The position numbers were made by a program, and so were the translations under genes. The notes beneath the pieces were generated by a model. It made no database searches and was not told the origin of the DNA. It saw nothing but the letters and a program-made list of their open reading frames with translations. A stretch of 64,000 nt of DNA, taken from contig JAUSGH010000003.1 in the NCBI GenBank assembly GCA_030649055.1, positions 354-64,353 on the forward strand, given 5' to 3'. This DNA comes from a bacterium (GTDB lineage: Bacteria > Patescibacteriota > Minisyncoccia > UBA6257 > JAUSGH01). Below are positions 9,997 to 20,015 of the stretch, one piece after another. Each line of letters starts with the position of its first letter. The first letter of the stretch is position 1.

Positions 9997-10121
9997 TGTC
10001 CCTCCTGAAAGGAAATTTTACACTCTACTGATAAGTATACCAATAGATGTGGTAAATTCCGGATATAATCAAAAACCAGTCGCCTAAGGCGACTGGTTTT
10101 TGATTCATTCCACATACTCGT

Positions 10122-12161
10122 CTACACAAACAGCGGAGCAAGTACAAGCGACAGTGTCGCGAGTAATTTAATCAGCACGTGCAATGACGGACCTGCGGTG
10201 TCTTTGAACGGATCGCCAACCGTGTCGCCGGTGACCGCCGCTTTGTGCGCATCAGAGCCCTTGCCGCCGTAATTTCCTTCCTCAATCCACTTCTTCGCGT
10301 TGTCCCACGCGCCACCGGCGTTGTTCAGCGTTGTTGCAAGCAAGATACCGGCAATGGTCGCGACCATCAAAAACCCGGCTTCAGCTTCGGCTTTGAGGGT
10401 CAGACCCACGACAATCGGCATCACAATAACAAGTACACCCGGAAGTACCATTTCCTTTAACGCGCCGCGCGTCGTGATATCAATCGCGGTTGAATAATCC
10501 GGCTTCTCCGTGCCCTGCATAATGCCCGGGTGTTCGCGGAACTGCCGGCGTACTTCGTTGATGATGTAGTACGCAGCTTTGCCGACAGCTCTAATGTTGA
10601 GCGCCGAGAACAAGAATACTAACATTGCGCCAAGCATCGCGCCGACGAACACATCTACCTTTGCAAGATCAACAACTTCCAGACGCACCTCCGTAAGATA
10701 CGCAGAGAACAGCAGGAACGCGGCAAGCGCGGCAGAACCGATGGCGTAGCCCTTTGTTAATGCCTTTGTGGTGTTGCCCGCCGTGTCCAGCTTATCCATC
10801 ACTTTGCGGAAATCACCGGACTCGCCGGAGAGCTCCACAATACCCGCGCCATTGTCGGTGATGGGACCAAAGGTATCCATCGCAAGAATATACGCTGCAG
10901 TCGCGAGCATTCCCATAGTGGCCGCGGCCGTGCCATAAAGCCCGCCGCCGGGAATACCGGACTGTTCACCCAACCAATACGCGCCAAGCAACGCGGAAAC
11001 AATCGCCACAACCGTCATGCCGGTTGACTCCAAACCGACGGAGAAGCCCATAATCACGTTCGTGCCGGAACCGGTCTTTGACGCATCAGCAATGGAAGAA
11101 ACAGGCCGAAAACGCGACTCGGTGTAGTACTGCGTAATGTAGACAAATGCCAAGCTGGTCAAGATTCCCACCATGCCGGCGCCAAAGAACCACAAATACG
11201 ACGCGCCCAAAAGCATTTTCGCCGTAAAGTAAAATGCGATTGCCGCGAGCACCAATGTTACATAGTATCCACGATTTAAGGCCGCCATCGGACTTTCATT
11301 TTCTTTTGCCTTCACCGCGAATATGCCGACAATCGTCGCGATTAAACCGAAGGCGCGAAGCACCAGCGGGAAAATAACACCGCCGACGCCAAAATATGGG
11401 AAGAGCGCCGCGCCAAGAATCATCGCGCCGATATTTTCCGCCGCGGTGGATTCAAAAAGGTCCGCGCCACGTCCGGCGCAGTCACCCACATTGTCACCAA
11501 CGAGGTCCGCGATGACCGCAGGGTTCCTCGGGTCATCTTCCGGAATGCCCGCTTCAACCTTACCCACCAAATCCGCGCCCACATCAGCCGCTTTGGTGTA
11601 AATGCCTCCACCGAGTTGCGCGAAGAGCGCCACGAGCGACGCGCCAAAGCCATAGCCCACAAGCATCGTCGGAATCTTCACTAATTCGTATCCCAAATAT
11701 TTATAAATAAGAAACAATCCGGAAATGCCGAGTAGCGACAAACTCACCACAATCAATCCGGTAATTGCTCCGCCCTTGAACGCCACCTGAAGCGCAGCGT
11801 TAAAACCGTTTTTAGAGGCAGCCGCCGAACGCACATTCGCAGTCGTAGACATCGCCATACCCACGATACCCGCGACGCCCGAAGAAACCGCGCCGAGCGT
11901 AAACGCCAGCAAGGTCTGCCAGCCCGTGGTCACATCCCCATTCACGGCGTAGATAGTAAAAAGGCCGAGTCCCAACGCGACCGAAATCCAGAAAATGGTC
12001 TTATATTGCCGCTTCACGAAAGCATTCGATCCTTCCTTAATAGCAGACGAAATCTTCTGCATGCTCTCCGATCCGGTCGGCTGACGCTTGATCCACACGA
12101 TAAGATACGCGACGAAGATTAACGATAATACGGAAATACCGATTGGCAGGTACTCAATCAT
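10122..12161 (-). CDS. hppA: membrane-bound proton-translocating pyrophosphatase
   Basis: About 16 TM helices; GDNVGDCAGRGADLFES and other H+-PPase signatures. Confidence 0.95.
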   Translation of the reverse strand: MIEYLPIGISVLSLIFVAYLIVWIKRQPTGSESMQKISSAIKEGSNAFVKRQYKTIFWISVALGLGLFTIYAVNGDVTTGWQTLLAFTLGAVSSGVAGIVGMAMSTTANVRSAAASKNGFNAALQVAFKGGAITGLIVVSLSLLGISGLFLIYKYLGYELVKIPTMLVGYGFGASLVALFAQLGGGIYTKAADVGADLVGKVEAGIPEDDPRNPAVIADLVGDNVGDCAGRGADLFESTAAENIGAMILGAALFPYFGVGGVIFPLVLRAFGLIATIVGIFAVKAKENESPMAALNRGYYVTLVLAAIAFYFTAKMLLGASYLWFFGAGMVGILTSLAFVYITQYYTESRFRPVSSIADASKTGSGTNVIMGFSVGLESTGMTVVAIVSALLGAYWLGEQSGIPGGGLYGTAAATMGMLATAAYILAMDTFGPITDNGAGIVELSGESGDFRKVMDKLDTAGNTTKALTKGYAIGSAALAAFLLFSAYLTEVRLEVVDLAKVDVFVGAMLGAMLVFLFSALNIRAVGKAAYYIINEVRRQFREHPGIMQGTEKPDYSTAIDITTRGALKEMVLPGVLVIVMPIVVGLTLKAEAEAGFLMVATIAGILLATTLNNAGGAWDNAKKWIEEGNYGGKGSDAHKAAVTGDTVGDPFKDTAGPSLHVLIKLLATLSLVLAPLFV

Positions 12162-12185
12162 AATTTTTTAATAATTAATAATAAC

Positions 12186-13460
12186 CTATTCTTCTTTTTT
12201 CTCTTCCGTCTTCGTGGGAGCAGCTTCCCCGCTCACGCCTTCCGCAACGCCCCCGACGAGCGCCTCGTCCGGTTTTGCTTCCGAACGCACATCGATCTTC
12301 CAGCCCGTCAGTTTTGCCGCGAGCCGCACATTTTGTCCGCCTTTACCGATAGCCAAACTCAACTGGTCATCGGACACATACACGCGCGCCTCATGCCGGT
12401 CATTCACCTCCGCGCGTTGCGCTTTTGCGGGAGAGAGCGCGTTACCGACAAACGTCGCCGCATCTTCAGACCACTCAATGATATCCAATTTTTCCTGTCC
12501 AAGTTCATTAGAAAGCGCCATCACGCGTGTGCCGCGTTGGCCAACGCACGAACCCACCGGATCAACGCCTTGCGCTTTTGACGCAACAGCGACTTTAGTT
12601 CGGCTCCCCGGTTCCCGCGCGATGCCTTTAATCTCCACACTACCATCGGCAACTTCGGGAACTTCAATCGCGAACAACTTGCTGATAAATTTCGGATGCG
12701 CGCGCGAAAGAATAATGCCGGGAAGACGCGCGTCATCTTGCACCGCCAAGACGTAGAAACGGAGCCGCTCGCCGATGCGATAATGCTCATACGGAATCAT
12801 CTCGGCTTGAAACATAACGCCGGTCGTGCGGCCCAAATCCACATATACATTACCGTGCTCCATGCGCTGAACGATACCGCTCACAATTTCACCTTCGCGA
12901 TTCTGAAACTCCTTCAAAATCGAATCTCGCTCCGCTTCCCGCAAGCGCTGTAAAATAACCTGCTTCGCGGTTTGCGCGGCAATGCGGCCGAAGTCCTCGT
13001 GCGGCTCCAATGGAAACAACATTTCCTCGCCTAACTGGATGTCTTTGTTAATTTTCTTCGCCTCATCAATCAAAATGTGTCGGTCGGAATTATAGCGCGG
13101 AAGTTTTTCTTCTTCACCTTCCACGGGCATCTCTACCGGAACTTCGACGGCTTTTACCGCTGCGCCTCTTTCTTTTTTGACTTCGCTCGACTCCTCTAAT
13201 TGCGCCTCATCGTACTTCGTCGTATCAACGGTTGTTTCATCAGCAACGATTTTCACCTGCCAAAACTTCAGGGCGCCGCTCTTGAAATCCAATTTCGCGC
13301 GGACAACTTCCCCGCGCTTTTCGTATTCCTTTTTATATGCCGCGGCGATGGACGATTCAATCGCCTCAATAACACGGGTGGCATCAATGCCTTTTTCCGT
13401 GGATACCTGTTCTACCGCCCTCGCTAAATTTTTTAGATCAATCATACGTGTAGTAATCAC
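12186..13460 (-). CDS. nusA: transcription termination/antitermination factor NusA
   Basis: N-terminal MIDLKNLARAVEQVSTEKGI...; S1 and KH regions. Confidence 0.9.
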   Translation of the reverse strand: MITTRMIDLKNLARAVEQVSTEKGIDATRVIEAIESSIAAAYKKEYEKRGEVVRAKLDFKSGALKFWQVKIVADETTVDTTKYDEAQLEESSEVKKERGAAVKAVEVPVEMPVEGEEEKLPRYNSDRHILIDEAKKINKDIQLGEEMLFPLEPHEDFGRIAAQTAKQVILQRLREAERDSILKEFQNREGEIVSGIVQRMEHGNVYVDLGRTTGVMFQAEMIPYEHYRIGERLRFYVLAVQDDARLPGIILSRAHPKFISKLFAIEVPEVADGSVEIKGIAREPGSRTKVAVASKAQGVDPVGSCVGQRGTRVMALSNELGQEKLDIIEWSEDAATFVGNALSPAKAQRAEVNDRHEARVYVSDDQLSLAIGKGGQNVRLAAKLTGWKIDVRSEAKPDEALVGGVAEGVSGEAAPTKTEEKKEE

Positions 13461-13693
13461 TAATATCGCGAATCGTTCGGCTTAATAACGCGAATAGAAC
13501 GCGCCTGCCGGTATTCGCATTATTTTTAGATCCTCATTTGCGATATTCGTGAACGCTATAATTCGTAAAAAGGGGCGCTCACGCGACCCTCAATAGATTC
13601 AACGTAGCATATCAGGTTCTTTTCCGTCAATACAGCGAATACAAAATGAGATCGGGGTTCACGCGCGTGCGTGAACCCCGTCGTTCGCTTGGT

Positions 13694-14017
13694 CTACTCG
13701 CTTTCCGGCTCTGGCTCGTCCGCAGGAACGACCTCCTCGCAGCACTCGGCGACCGCGTCCACATCCTCGCAGTGGTCGGGATGAAAGGATCCGTTCATGA
13801 GAGCGCACTTCGGTGCTCGCGTCTTCACGGGAAAGCACGCGCTCGGAGTCGTGGAGTAGCGAGACTCCTGGAACCACGATCCCTCGCCGTTGAGACGCTT
13901 CCATGCGTTCCTTGTGATGTAGATCTCGGCCATCGGCTCCTCGTCTACCTGGTCCGAATCCGGAACGTAGCCTCCCCGAGGCATCCGCTTCTTCATCGCC
14001 ATCTGACGTACCTCCAA
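13694..14017 (-). CDS. hypothetical Cys-rich acidic protein
   Basis: ORF followed, on the minus strand, by an 11-bp-stem hairpin at 13665..13690; overlapping opposite-strand ORFs make the call uncertain. Confidence 0.35.
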   Translation of the reverse strand: MEVRQMAMKKRMPRGGYVPDSDQVDEEPMAEIYITRNAWKRLNGEGSWFQESRYSTTPSACFPVKTRAPKCALMNGSFHPDHCEDVDAVAECCEEVVPADEPEPESE

Positions 14018-14251
14018 TGAACGACAAATCTGTGCTTATAGTATCAACTAAAGCGCCAAACAGTCAACATCGCCACCCTCCTCTGCATCACAACGCCATG
14101 CATAGTGTTGTGAGCGGGTTTGTCGGAGGCGATTCGGCATGGTGTCCCGCTTTTTTTGCGGGACCGAATCGCCGAGACATTGAGGCCTCGCGCGCGCTGG
14201 AGCGCGAGAGTCGGACCCGCGAACAATGCTATGCCGGGCGTTGTGTTACAT

Positions 14252-14932
14252 CTACTCCTTCTCTCCGCTAGTCGCTTTCACAAACTCCATAATAAGACCT
14301 GTCAACTTCGGCTCTTTGCCCAACATATTCGTCCCATGACCCGCATGTTCATAGATATGCAAACGCTTTTCTACATCTTTAGGTATTGAAGAAAAAATCT
14401 TCTGGGTCTCGTCGCTATTGCTGTTGTCATCACGCGACGTCACAAAAAACATTCGCGCGGCCGGCTTCAATGCCTCCGCCGCCGGCAGCGTCATAATGCC
14501 GCGATAGTTTGAACCGGCAGAAAGCAGAATTGCCGTCTTGAAGTCCGGATGATCCGCGATGTACTTCAACGCCAAGTTTGCGCCGATGGAAGCACCCATG
14601 AGCACAACCCTATCCACCGCCACACCTTTCGCCAGCAAGTATTTCACCGCCGCGTCCACATCCAAAATACTTTTTTGATGCTCCTCATCAGTATATTTTG
14701 TATAGCCGTTCGGACCGCCTTCCGATTCGCCGTGGCCGCGCAAATCAATGGCGAGTGCGAGATATCCTTCACCGGCAAACCGGAGCGCCAGCTCATCCCA
14801 AGAATCTTTCACCGCCGGCATCATATGCAAAAAAACCACGCCTCCTTTGGGATCAGGAACATCGTAAAATGTCCCGGCGATATCAATGCCGTCCAGCGTC
14901 TTTATGGTCACTGCGACGGGTGTAATGTCCAT
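14252..14932 (-). CDS. alpha/beta hydrolase (dienelactone hydrolase-like)
   Basis: GASIG nucleophile elbow; HGxxE; overall fold-typical sequence. Confidence 0.8.
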   Translation of the reverse strand: MDITPVAVTIKTLDGIDIAGTFYDVPDPKGGVVFLHMMPAVKDSWDELALRFAGEGYLALAIDLRGHGESEGGPNGYTKYTDEEHQKSILDVDAAVKYLLAKGVAVDRVVLMGASIGANLALKYIADHPDFKTAILLSAGSNYRGIMTLPAAEALKPAARMFFVTSRDDNSNSDETQKIFSSIPKDVEKRLHIYEHAGHGTNMLGKEPKLTGLIMEFVKATSGEKE

Positions 14933-14939
14933 ACGGGTG

Positions 14940-15695
14940 CTACCGGAGCTCGTACGTCACGCTCACATTTACTCTAACCTCCTCACTCCCCGGCTCAATC
15001 GTCGGCGCGGGAGCGCCACCATCCGACTTCATTGCCATCGCCTCAAATGAACGAAGATAGATCGGGCCGCCTTGGGACCCTTCGCTAAAGGTGACCACGC
15101 GCCCGATACGGACGCCGTTCTGTCTTGCCATAGCTGCGGCTTTGGAGTACGCGCGATCAAACGCTTCTTCACGCGCCATCACCAGATATTTCTCCGGGTC
15201 TTCAACTTCAAAATTGACGCCTTGGATTTGATTAATGCCAAGAGATGGAAGCTGTCCCAGTATCGGCGATATTTTCGCAAAGTCGCGCAGCTGTACCGAA
15301 ACGGTCTGCGTCAGTGTGTAGCCGGAAATGTAACTCGTACGCTTTTTTTCGTCATAATCATAACGCGGTGAAAGGTTGTACCCGGATGTTTTTATATCTT
15401 TCGCGTCAACATCCTGCGCTTTAATGAAAGCTATCGCGTCATTCATCTTCACCGTGTTGTCGCGCTGAATTACCTCCGGATCCTTGCCTTCAGAAACAAC
15501 AGAAAAGGAAAGTTTTGCGATATCCGGTTCAGCAACAATTTTACCTTCCGCCGAAATAGTTATCGTTCGCGTGATGGGAAGCGAAGCGGTATAACGCCCG
15601 ACGTAATACACCGCGCACCATGTGCCGAACACGATCGTGACAATAAGCGCGACGTCAATCAACACCCAGAAATAATTTTTTGCTTCCTTGATCAT
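14940..15695 (-). CDS. SIMPL/DUF541 (YggE-like) periplasmic protein
   Basis: Characteristic DUF541 sequence; start chosen at MIKEAK, since the upstream extension is a repeat copy (LSLSKDY). Confidence 0.75.
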   Translation of the reverse strand: MIKEAKNYFWVLIDVALIVTIVFGTWCAVYYVGRYTASLPITRTITISAEGKIVAEPDIAKLSFSVVSEGKDPEVIQRDNTVKMNDAIAFIKAQDVDAKDIKTSGYNLSPRYDYDEKKRTSYISGYTLTQTVSVQLRDFAKISPILGQLPSLGINQIQGVNFEVEDPEKYLVMAREEAFDRAYSKAAAMARQNGVRIGRVVTFSEGSQGGPIYLRSFEAMAMKSDGGAPAPTIEPGSEEVRVNVSVTYELR

Positions 15696-15764
15696 GTAAT
15701 CCTTCGACAGGCTCAGGATATAAATATAATAGTTGGTGAGCTTGTCGAACCACAACGTAAAACA

Positions 15765-16463
15765 TCAACGATCGGCGGCAATCCCAACGATTGCTTTAAT
15801 TTCCTCCGGTTTCAAACTCGCGCCGCCAACGAGCGCTCCGCCAATTGTTTTTTCCTTTAAAAATCCTGCGGCGTTCGCGGCATTGACCGAACCGCCGTAG
15901 AGTACGGGAATCGGCACAGTGATGCCAAGCCGTTGAATCTCCTCTCCTATATATAGTACCATGTTTACCGCATTTTCCGGAGTATCGGCTGCGGCATTTT
16001 TGTTTGTGCTGATGGCCCAGATGGGCTCATATGCTATAACAATTGACATTTGACTATTAACATTTGACTGGCCCACTCGAGATAAACCGATGCGAAGCTC
16101 GCGGGCGACGACTTCTTTCGCCTGACCGGCATCATGTTCCTCGCGCGATTCGCCGACGCAGAGTACCGGAATAAGTCCGGCATCCACCGCCGTCTTCATT
16201 TTATTCGCAATCATCTCGTCGGTTTCACCGAGCCGCCGCCGATCGGAATGACCGACGATAACATACCGCGCACCAAGCGATGCAAGGTCATCCGAAACAT
16301 CCTGCGCACCGAGCTCCGCGTTTTTCAACTCCTTCCCGACGACTTCCAAAAACGTGGGTGGCGGCGCAATCACAAGCCCCTCAATATCCGTTGCGCGCGC
16401 CAACGCAACCGCTTCTTCAACGGTCGCTGGGTGCATTTTCCAGTTAGCAATTATTAGCTTCAT
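15765..16463 (-). CDS. tpiA: triosephosphate isomerase
   Basis: IANWKMH, VGHSDRR and AYEPIWAI motifs. Confidence 0.93.
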   Translation of the reverse strand: MKLIIANWKMHPATVEEAVALARATDIEGLVIAPPPTFLEVVGKELKNAELGAQDVSDDLASLGARYVIVGHSDRRRLGETDEMIANKMKTAVDAGLIPVLCVGESREEHDAGQAKEVVARELRIGLSRVGQSNVNSQMSIVIAYEPIWAISTNKNAAADTPENAVNMVLYIGEEIQRLGITVPIPVLYGGSVNAANAAGFLKEKTIGGALVGGASLKPEEIKAIVGIAADR

Positions 16464-16569
16464 TAGATTATTAGCTCCGTTAGCTTGTTAGCGCGATCCA
16501 TGCAGCTTTGTTGACCTCAATTATTCTCCATGATACCATGCGTACAGCTCTCGGACAAAGGAGGACACA

Positions 16570-17007
16570 ATGAGTAACTGGCTGAAGGACACAGCGAAGG
16601 AATCGGTGCAACTGGGCAAGTACCTCTCTCTCGGTAGCGCGCTTTTCATTCCCATCCTCCTTACTTATTGGTACTTCACCAACAAGCCCGGGATACGCAC
16701 GGAGGTGAATGAACAGCAACTCTTCGTCGTATGTCTCGCCGGTGTGATGGCCGTAGGCGCGATCCTTCTCACGATTCTGCACGACCTGCACTGGGAAGGG
16801 AGCCGCGCCAAGTACTGGCCGGTGCTTGTGTTCTACGGGAGCACCGTACTCGTGTGGACGGAAGGAGTCCACCTCGTTGCCATCATGCTCGGCGCAACGA
16901 TGACGATCGCACTGCTCTGCATGAAGCTCGACGACTACCTCGCCGCAAGGGGCTGGGGCAGCAAATCCCAGCCACTCGAAAGTCCGGCACACGACGAACT
17001 GCCATAA
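16570..17007 (+). CDS. hypothetical membrane protein (4 TM)
   Basis: aaaggaggacacaATG SD; followed by a Rho-independent terminator. Confidence 0.6.
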   Translation: MSNWLKDTAKESVQLGKYLSLGSALFIPILLTYWYFTNKPGIRTEVNEQQLFVVCLAGVMAVGAILLTILHDLHWEGSRAKYWPVLVFYGSTVLVWTEGVHLVAIMLGATMTIALLCMKLDDYLAARGWGSKSQPLESPAHDELP

Positions 17008-17056
17008 ACAGCACAACAAGCGAACCCGCCCCGAGTAGCCAACGGCTACAGGGGCG
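17006..17056 (+). terminator. Rho-independent terminator (GC hairpin plus T-run)
   Basis: gccccgagtagcc-aac-ggctacaggggcggc followed by ttcatttttatattttt. Confidence 0.7.
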
Positions 17057-17189
17057 GCTTCATTTTTATATTTTTACTCATCGCGTACCAATCCTTACTC
17101 TACTAATACGCGGCCGCGTAATAGTAGAGTAACTGATCTATACCTAATAGATTCCGGGTCAAGCCCGGAATGACAAAAGGTGGTTTATG

Positions 17190-17690
17190 GCGACGCATCG
17201 GAAGACGCCGCGTGTATTTTCCGCAACATATTGGAGCGATGCGTGAAATTCACGAGTAAAGAAATCGCGAAGTCGGAACAATGGCGCTGTGTGAATCCCG
17301 AAGGCCGCCCCGACCGCGGTCGGGGCGAGACAGAGGTTGAGTTCGCCTTATTCCAAGAACCCATCTCAAAAATCCCTCCCAGGCGCGTTTGTAGCGATTT
17401 CCTCGAATCCGCTAGGCGCGAGGAGGAGGTTGTAACCTCTGGGTTACGCCGACGACGAGCAACGCCGCGGGGCGAGGAAATCGCACGAACCCTTCGGGAT
17501 ACGGCCAATTCCAGCGATTCCTTTGTCGCAACTCCCTCGGAGTATCCAGAGGATACACCTTCGGTCGTCGCTCCTCGGACTCGCTGGAATTGACTCGTAT
17601 CGCGACGGGAGGGATTTTTGAGATGGGTTCCAACTTCGCGGTTTTTTACGAGAAAAATTTCCGCGAGCAGAAATCGTTGCGGAAAATACA
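17190..17690. repeat. large nested inverted-repeat (rod-like) element, most likely non-coding
   Basis: 21-bp perfect IR at 17197-17217 and 17667-17687; 24-bp perfect IR at 17358-17381 and 17607-17630; inner IRs at 17495-17520 and 17575-17600; lies between convergent gene ends. Confidence 0.45.
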
Positions 17691-17700
17691 CGCGGCGACT

Positions 17701-19608
17701 TCAACTGCCGGGAGCCATCCTGTGCTCGTAGTACCACTGCAATACATCCTTCACAATCGGAATCGTGTTCAAACTCCCCTCTTTTGCGTCTTCAATAAGT
17801 ACAAGGATCGCAAGCTCGGGATTTTCTGCCGGAGCGTAGCCAACAAAGAAGGCATTGGTTTTCGTGTTGTTCTGAATCTGCGCGCTGCCGGTTTTGCCCG
17901 CGACCGTCAATGGTAAATCAGCGAGTTTGTGCGCCGTGCCATAATCCTTTTGCACGGCGGCGTTCATTCCCTGCTGTACTTCGTGGATTTCCGAGACATA
18001 TTCAGAAAAATCCAAAATGTCGCGCGGATGCGCAGACTCCACAATTTCGCCCTTCGCGTCACGAACAGTCTGCATAAGGTATGGCTGTTTCTCGTGTCCG
18101 CCCGCGCCGATAGCACCGATAAAGGAAAGCAGGCGCAGCGGCGTCACCATCATGTCACCCTGGCCGATGCTCACGTTGTACGTATCGCCCACTCTCCACG
18201 GCCTGCCGGTGCGCCGCTCGTGTTCTTCTGGTCCGTAAAAAATGCCGGATGCCTCTCCGGGTAAATCAACGCCGGTGCGGTCGGCAAAACCAAAGTCGCG
18301 CCAATACGATTCAATGCGCGCTACCCCCAATCCCTTCTTGTCACCAAAGCCACCGCCCAGCACATAAAAATAAATGTTACTGGAACGCGCGAGTGCCGAG
18401 TACAAATTCACCCAGCCGTGCGCCTTCCAGTCCAAAAACTTACTCGGATGCGCGGGATCATACGGATTCGCGAGCTCCAAAACGCCGGAAGAAAAAACGG
18501 ATGTTGTGGGGTCAATCACGCCCTCGTGAAGTCCGGCAAGCGCCATCATCGGCTTGATGGTTGAACCCGGGCTATACACGCCGGAAACGGCGCGATTAAA
18601 CAGCGGATGCGCCGCGTCGCGGAGTAAGCGACCCCGCGCGTCATTTTTCCCGGAAAGCGTAAAGAGGTTATCATCATAACTCGGCAAATTCACGAGCGAT
18701 AAAATTTCTCCGGTTTTGGGATTGAGAATGATTCCGACGCCCGCGGTGCGTCCGAGCAGGCGTAAGCCATCACGCATACGACCGTAAAAATATTGCTGCA
18801 GTTCGCCGTCAATCGTTGTTTCCAGCGTATTGCCGGGCGTCGGCTCCATGCTCACGCGCTTTTCAAGCACGTTCCCTCGCACATCGCGCATGATGCGCTC
18901 ATAGCCATCTTCGCCGCGAAGGAGTGTGTCATAAAACGCCTCAAGTCCGTCTTTGCCTTGAATGGTGCGGCCAATATCTCCGATGCCGGTGTAGCCCAGG
19001 AGGTGCGCGAAGGCGGGTCCGTAGAGGTAATTCCGGCGATAATCATTCGCGATCCCGACTGCCGGCTCATTTAATCCTTTAAGTGCGATCGCGGTTTCAA
19101 CCGAAACGCCCTGCTCCAGAAGCAGTTGCGCGCTTCGCTCCAAGTCCGCTAGGCGCACAATATCGCCAATGTCACCCCGAAGCTCATCCGCGGACAATAT
19201 ACCGCGCAAACGTTCAATGAACGTAAGTCTCGCCTCCGGATCCTTTTTTAAAAATTCGGGAACATTCAAAAAAACACTGAAAATCGGTTCGTTGCTAACA
19301 AGCGGAAGACCGGTCCGATCCACAATCACTCCGCGTTGTGCCGGTAATACGGTCTCCTTGCTCGCGTTCCCCGCCGCGCGCGCAACATAAAAATCTCCGC
19401 GCGTGATGTTCAAATAACCGACACGGATAAACATGGCTGTAACGGCAAAAAATGCGACTGCGACAGCGCCGACAAAAACAGAGCGATGCAACGGCAACTC
19501 TAATGACGCAGGACTTCGGCCAAGCCCGTCGAACATCGCTTCTTCAAAATGCAAATCATCGTTTTTCATTAAAATTTTGTATAAGCATCGTGAAAAACAG
19601 CGAAACAA
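17701..19608 (-). CDS. mrdA: penicillin-binding protein 2 (peptidoglycan D,D-transpeptidase)
   Basis: STIKP (SxxK), SxN and KTGS transpeptidase motifs; N-terminal TM. Confidence 0.9.
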   Translation of the reverse strand: MFRCFSRCLYKILMKNDDLHFEEAMFDGLGRSPASLELPLHRSVFVGAVAVAFFAVTAMFIRVGYLNITRGDFYVARAAGNASKETVLPAQRGVIVDRTGLPLVSNEPIFSVFLNVPEFLKKDPEARLTFIERLRGILSADELRGDIGDIVRLADLERSAQLLLEQGVSVETAIALKGLNEPAVGIANDYRRNYLYGPAFAHLLGYTGIGDIGRTIQGKDGLEAFYDTLLRGEDGYERIMRDVRGNVLEKRVSMEPTPGNTLETTIDGELQQYFYGRMRDGLRLLGRTAGVGIILNPKTGEILSLVNLPSYDDNLFTLSGKNDARGRLLRDAAHPLFNRAVSGVYSPGSTIKPMMALAGLHEGVIDPTTSVFSSGVLELANPYDPAHPSKFLDWKAHGWVNLYSALARSSNIYFYVLGGGFGDKKGLGVARIESYWRDFGFADRTGVDLPGEASGIFYGPEEHERRTGRPWRVGDTYNVSIGQGDMMVTPLRLLSFIGAIGAGGHEKQPYLMQTVRDAKGEIVESAHPRDILDFSEYVSEIHEVQQGMNAAVQKDYGTAHKLADLPLTVAGKTGSAQIQNNTKTNAFFVGYAPAENPELAILVLIEDAKEGSLNTIPIVKDVLQWYYEHRMAPGS

Positions 19609-20011
19609 ACGCTGTCGTAAGAAGCTCCGTGAGTAGCGCCGCGCGCGCGGAAAACATAACCCGATTCGTCAGCGCGTAAAATCCTGCAACCCCACCGGCA
19701 GAGAGCATCGGATTTAACAACGCCGGGTGCAGCGGCACAAATCGCCGGCCAAGAGAGACGAGGAACGCGACGAGCAACAGCGCAAGCGATGCGCCTTGAA
19801 GCACCGGGATGGTTTTGAGCATCGCCACGGCCGCGATCACCAAAAAACCAACCACCGACGCCGGCACGGCCATAAGCAGCGCCGGAAGTCCTGCCATAAA
19901 AAAGTTTATATTAGCGCCGAACACCGTGAACACATGCGACGATTGCGCGCCGATAGATATAAGGAACAGCGCCGAGAAAAGAATGGTGCGTAATGACGAT
20001 TGAGGGCGCAT
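19556..20011 (-). CDS. mreD: rod shape-determining protein MreD
   Basis: Small polytopic membrane protein between mreC and mrdA; its start overlaps mrdA. Confidence 0.65.
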   Translation of the reverse strand: MRPQSSLRTILFSALFLISIGAQSSHVFTVFGANINFFMAGLPALLMAVPASVVGFLVIAAVAMLKTIPVLQGASLALLLVAFLVSLGRRFVPLHPALLNPMLSAGGVAGFYALTNRVMFSARAALLTELLTTAFVSLFFTMLIQNFNEKR

Positions 20012-20015
20012 ATGA

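Noticed and set aside
13646-14027. Alternative ORFs 13646..14020 (plus) and 13659..14027 (minus) overlapping the chosen 13694..14017 minus-strand ORF
   Set aside because: The three overlapping frames lie in a GC-rich stretch. Only the chosen one is followed by a clean hairpin in the right orientation, and even that call is kept at low confidence.
16480-17019. ORF 16480..17019 (minus) opposite the 16570..17007 membrane-protein gene
   Set aside because: The plus-strand ORF has a strong Shine-Dalgarno sequence, predicted TM helices and a downstream terminator. The minus ORF lacks these features.
17180-17691. ORFs 17180..17593 (plus) and 17185..17691 (minus) as protein-coding genes
   Set aside because: The two are mirror-image ORFs that arise from nested perfect inverted repeats. 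They have Arg/Glu/Ser-rich non-protein-like composition and poor start contexts. The region is better explained as a structured non-coding or foldback element.
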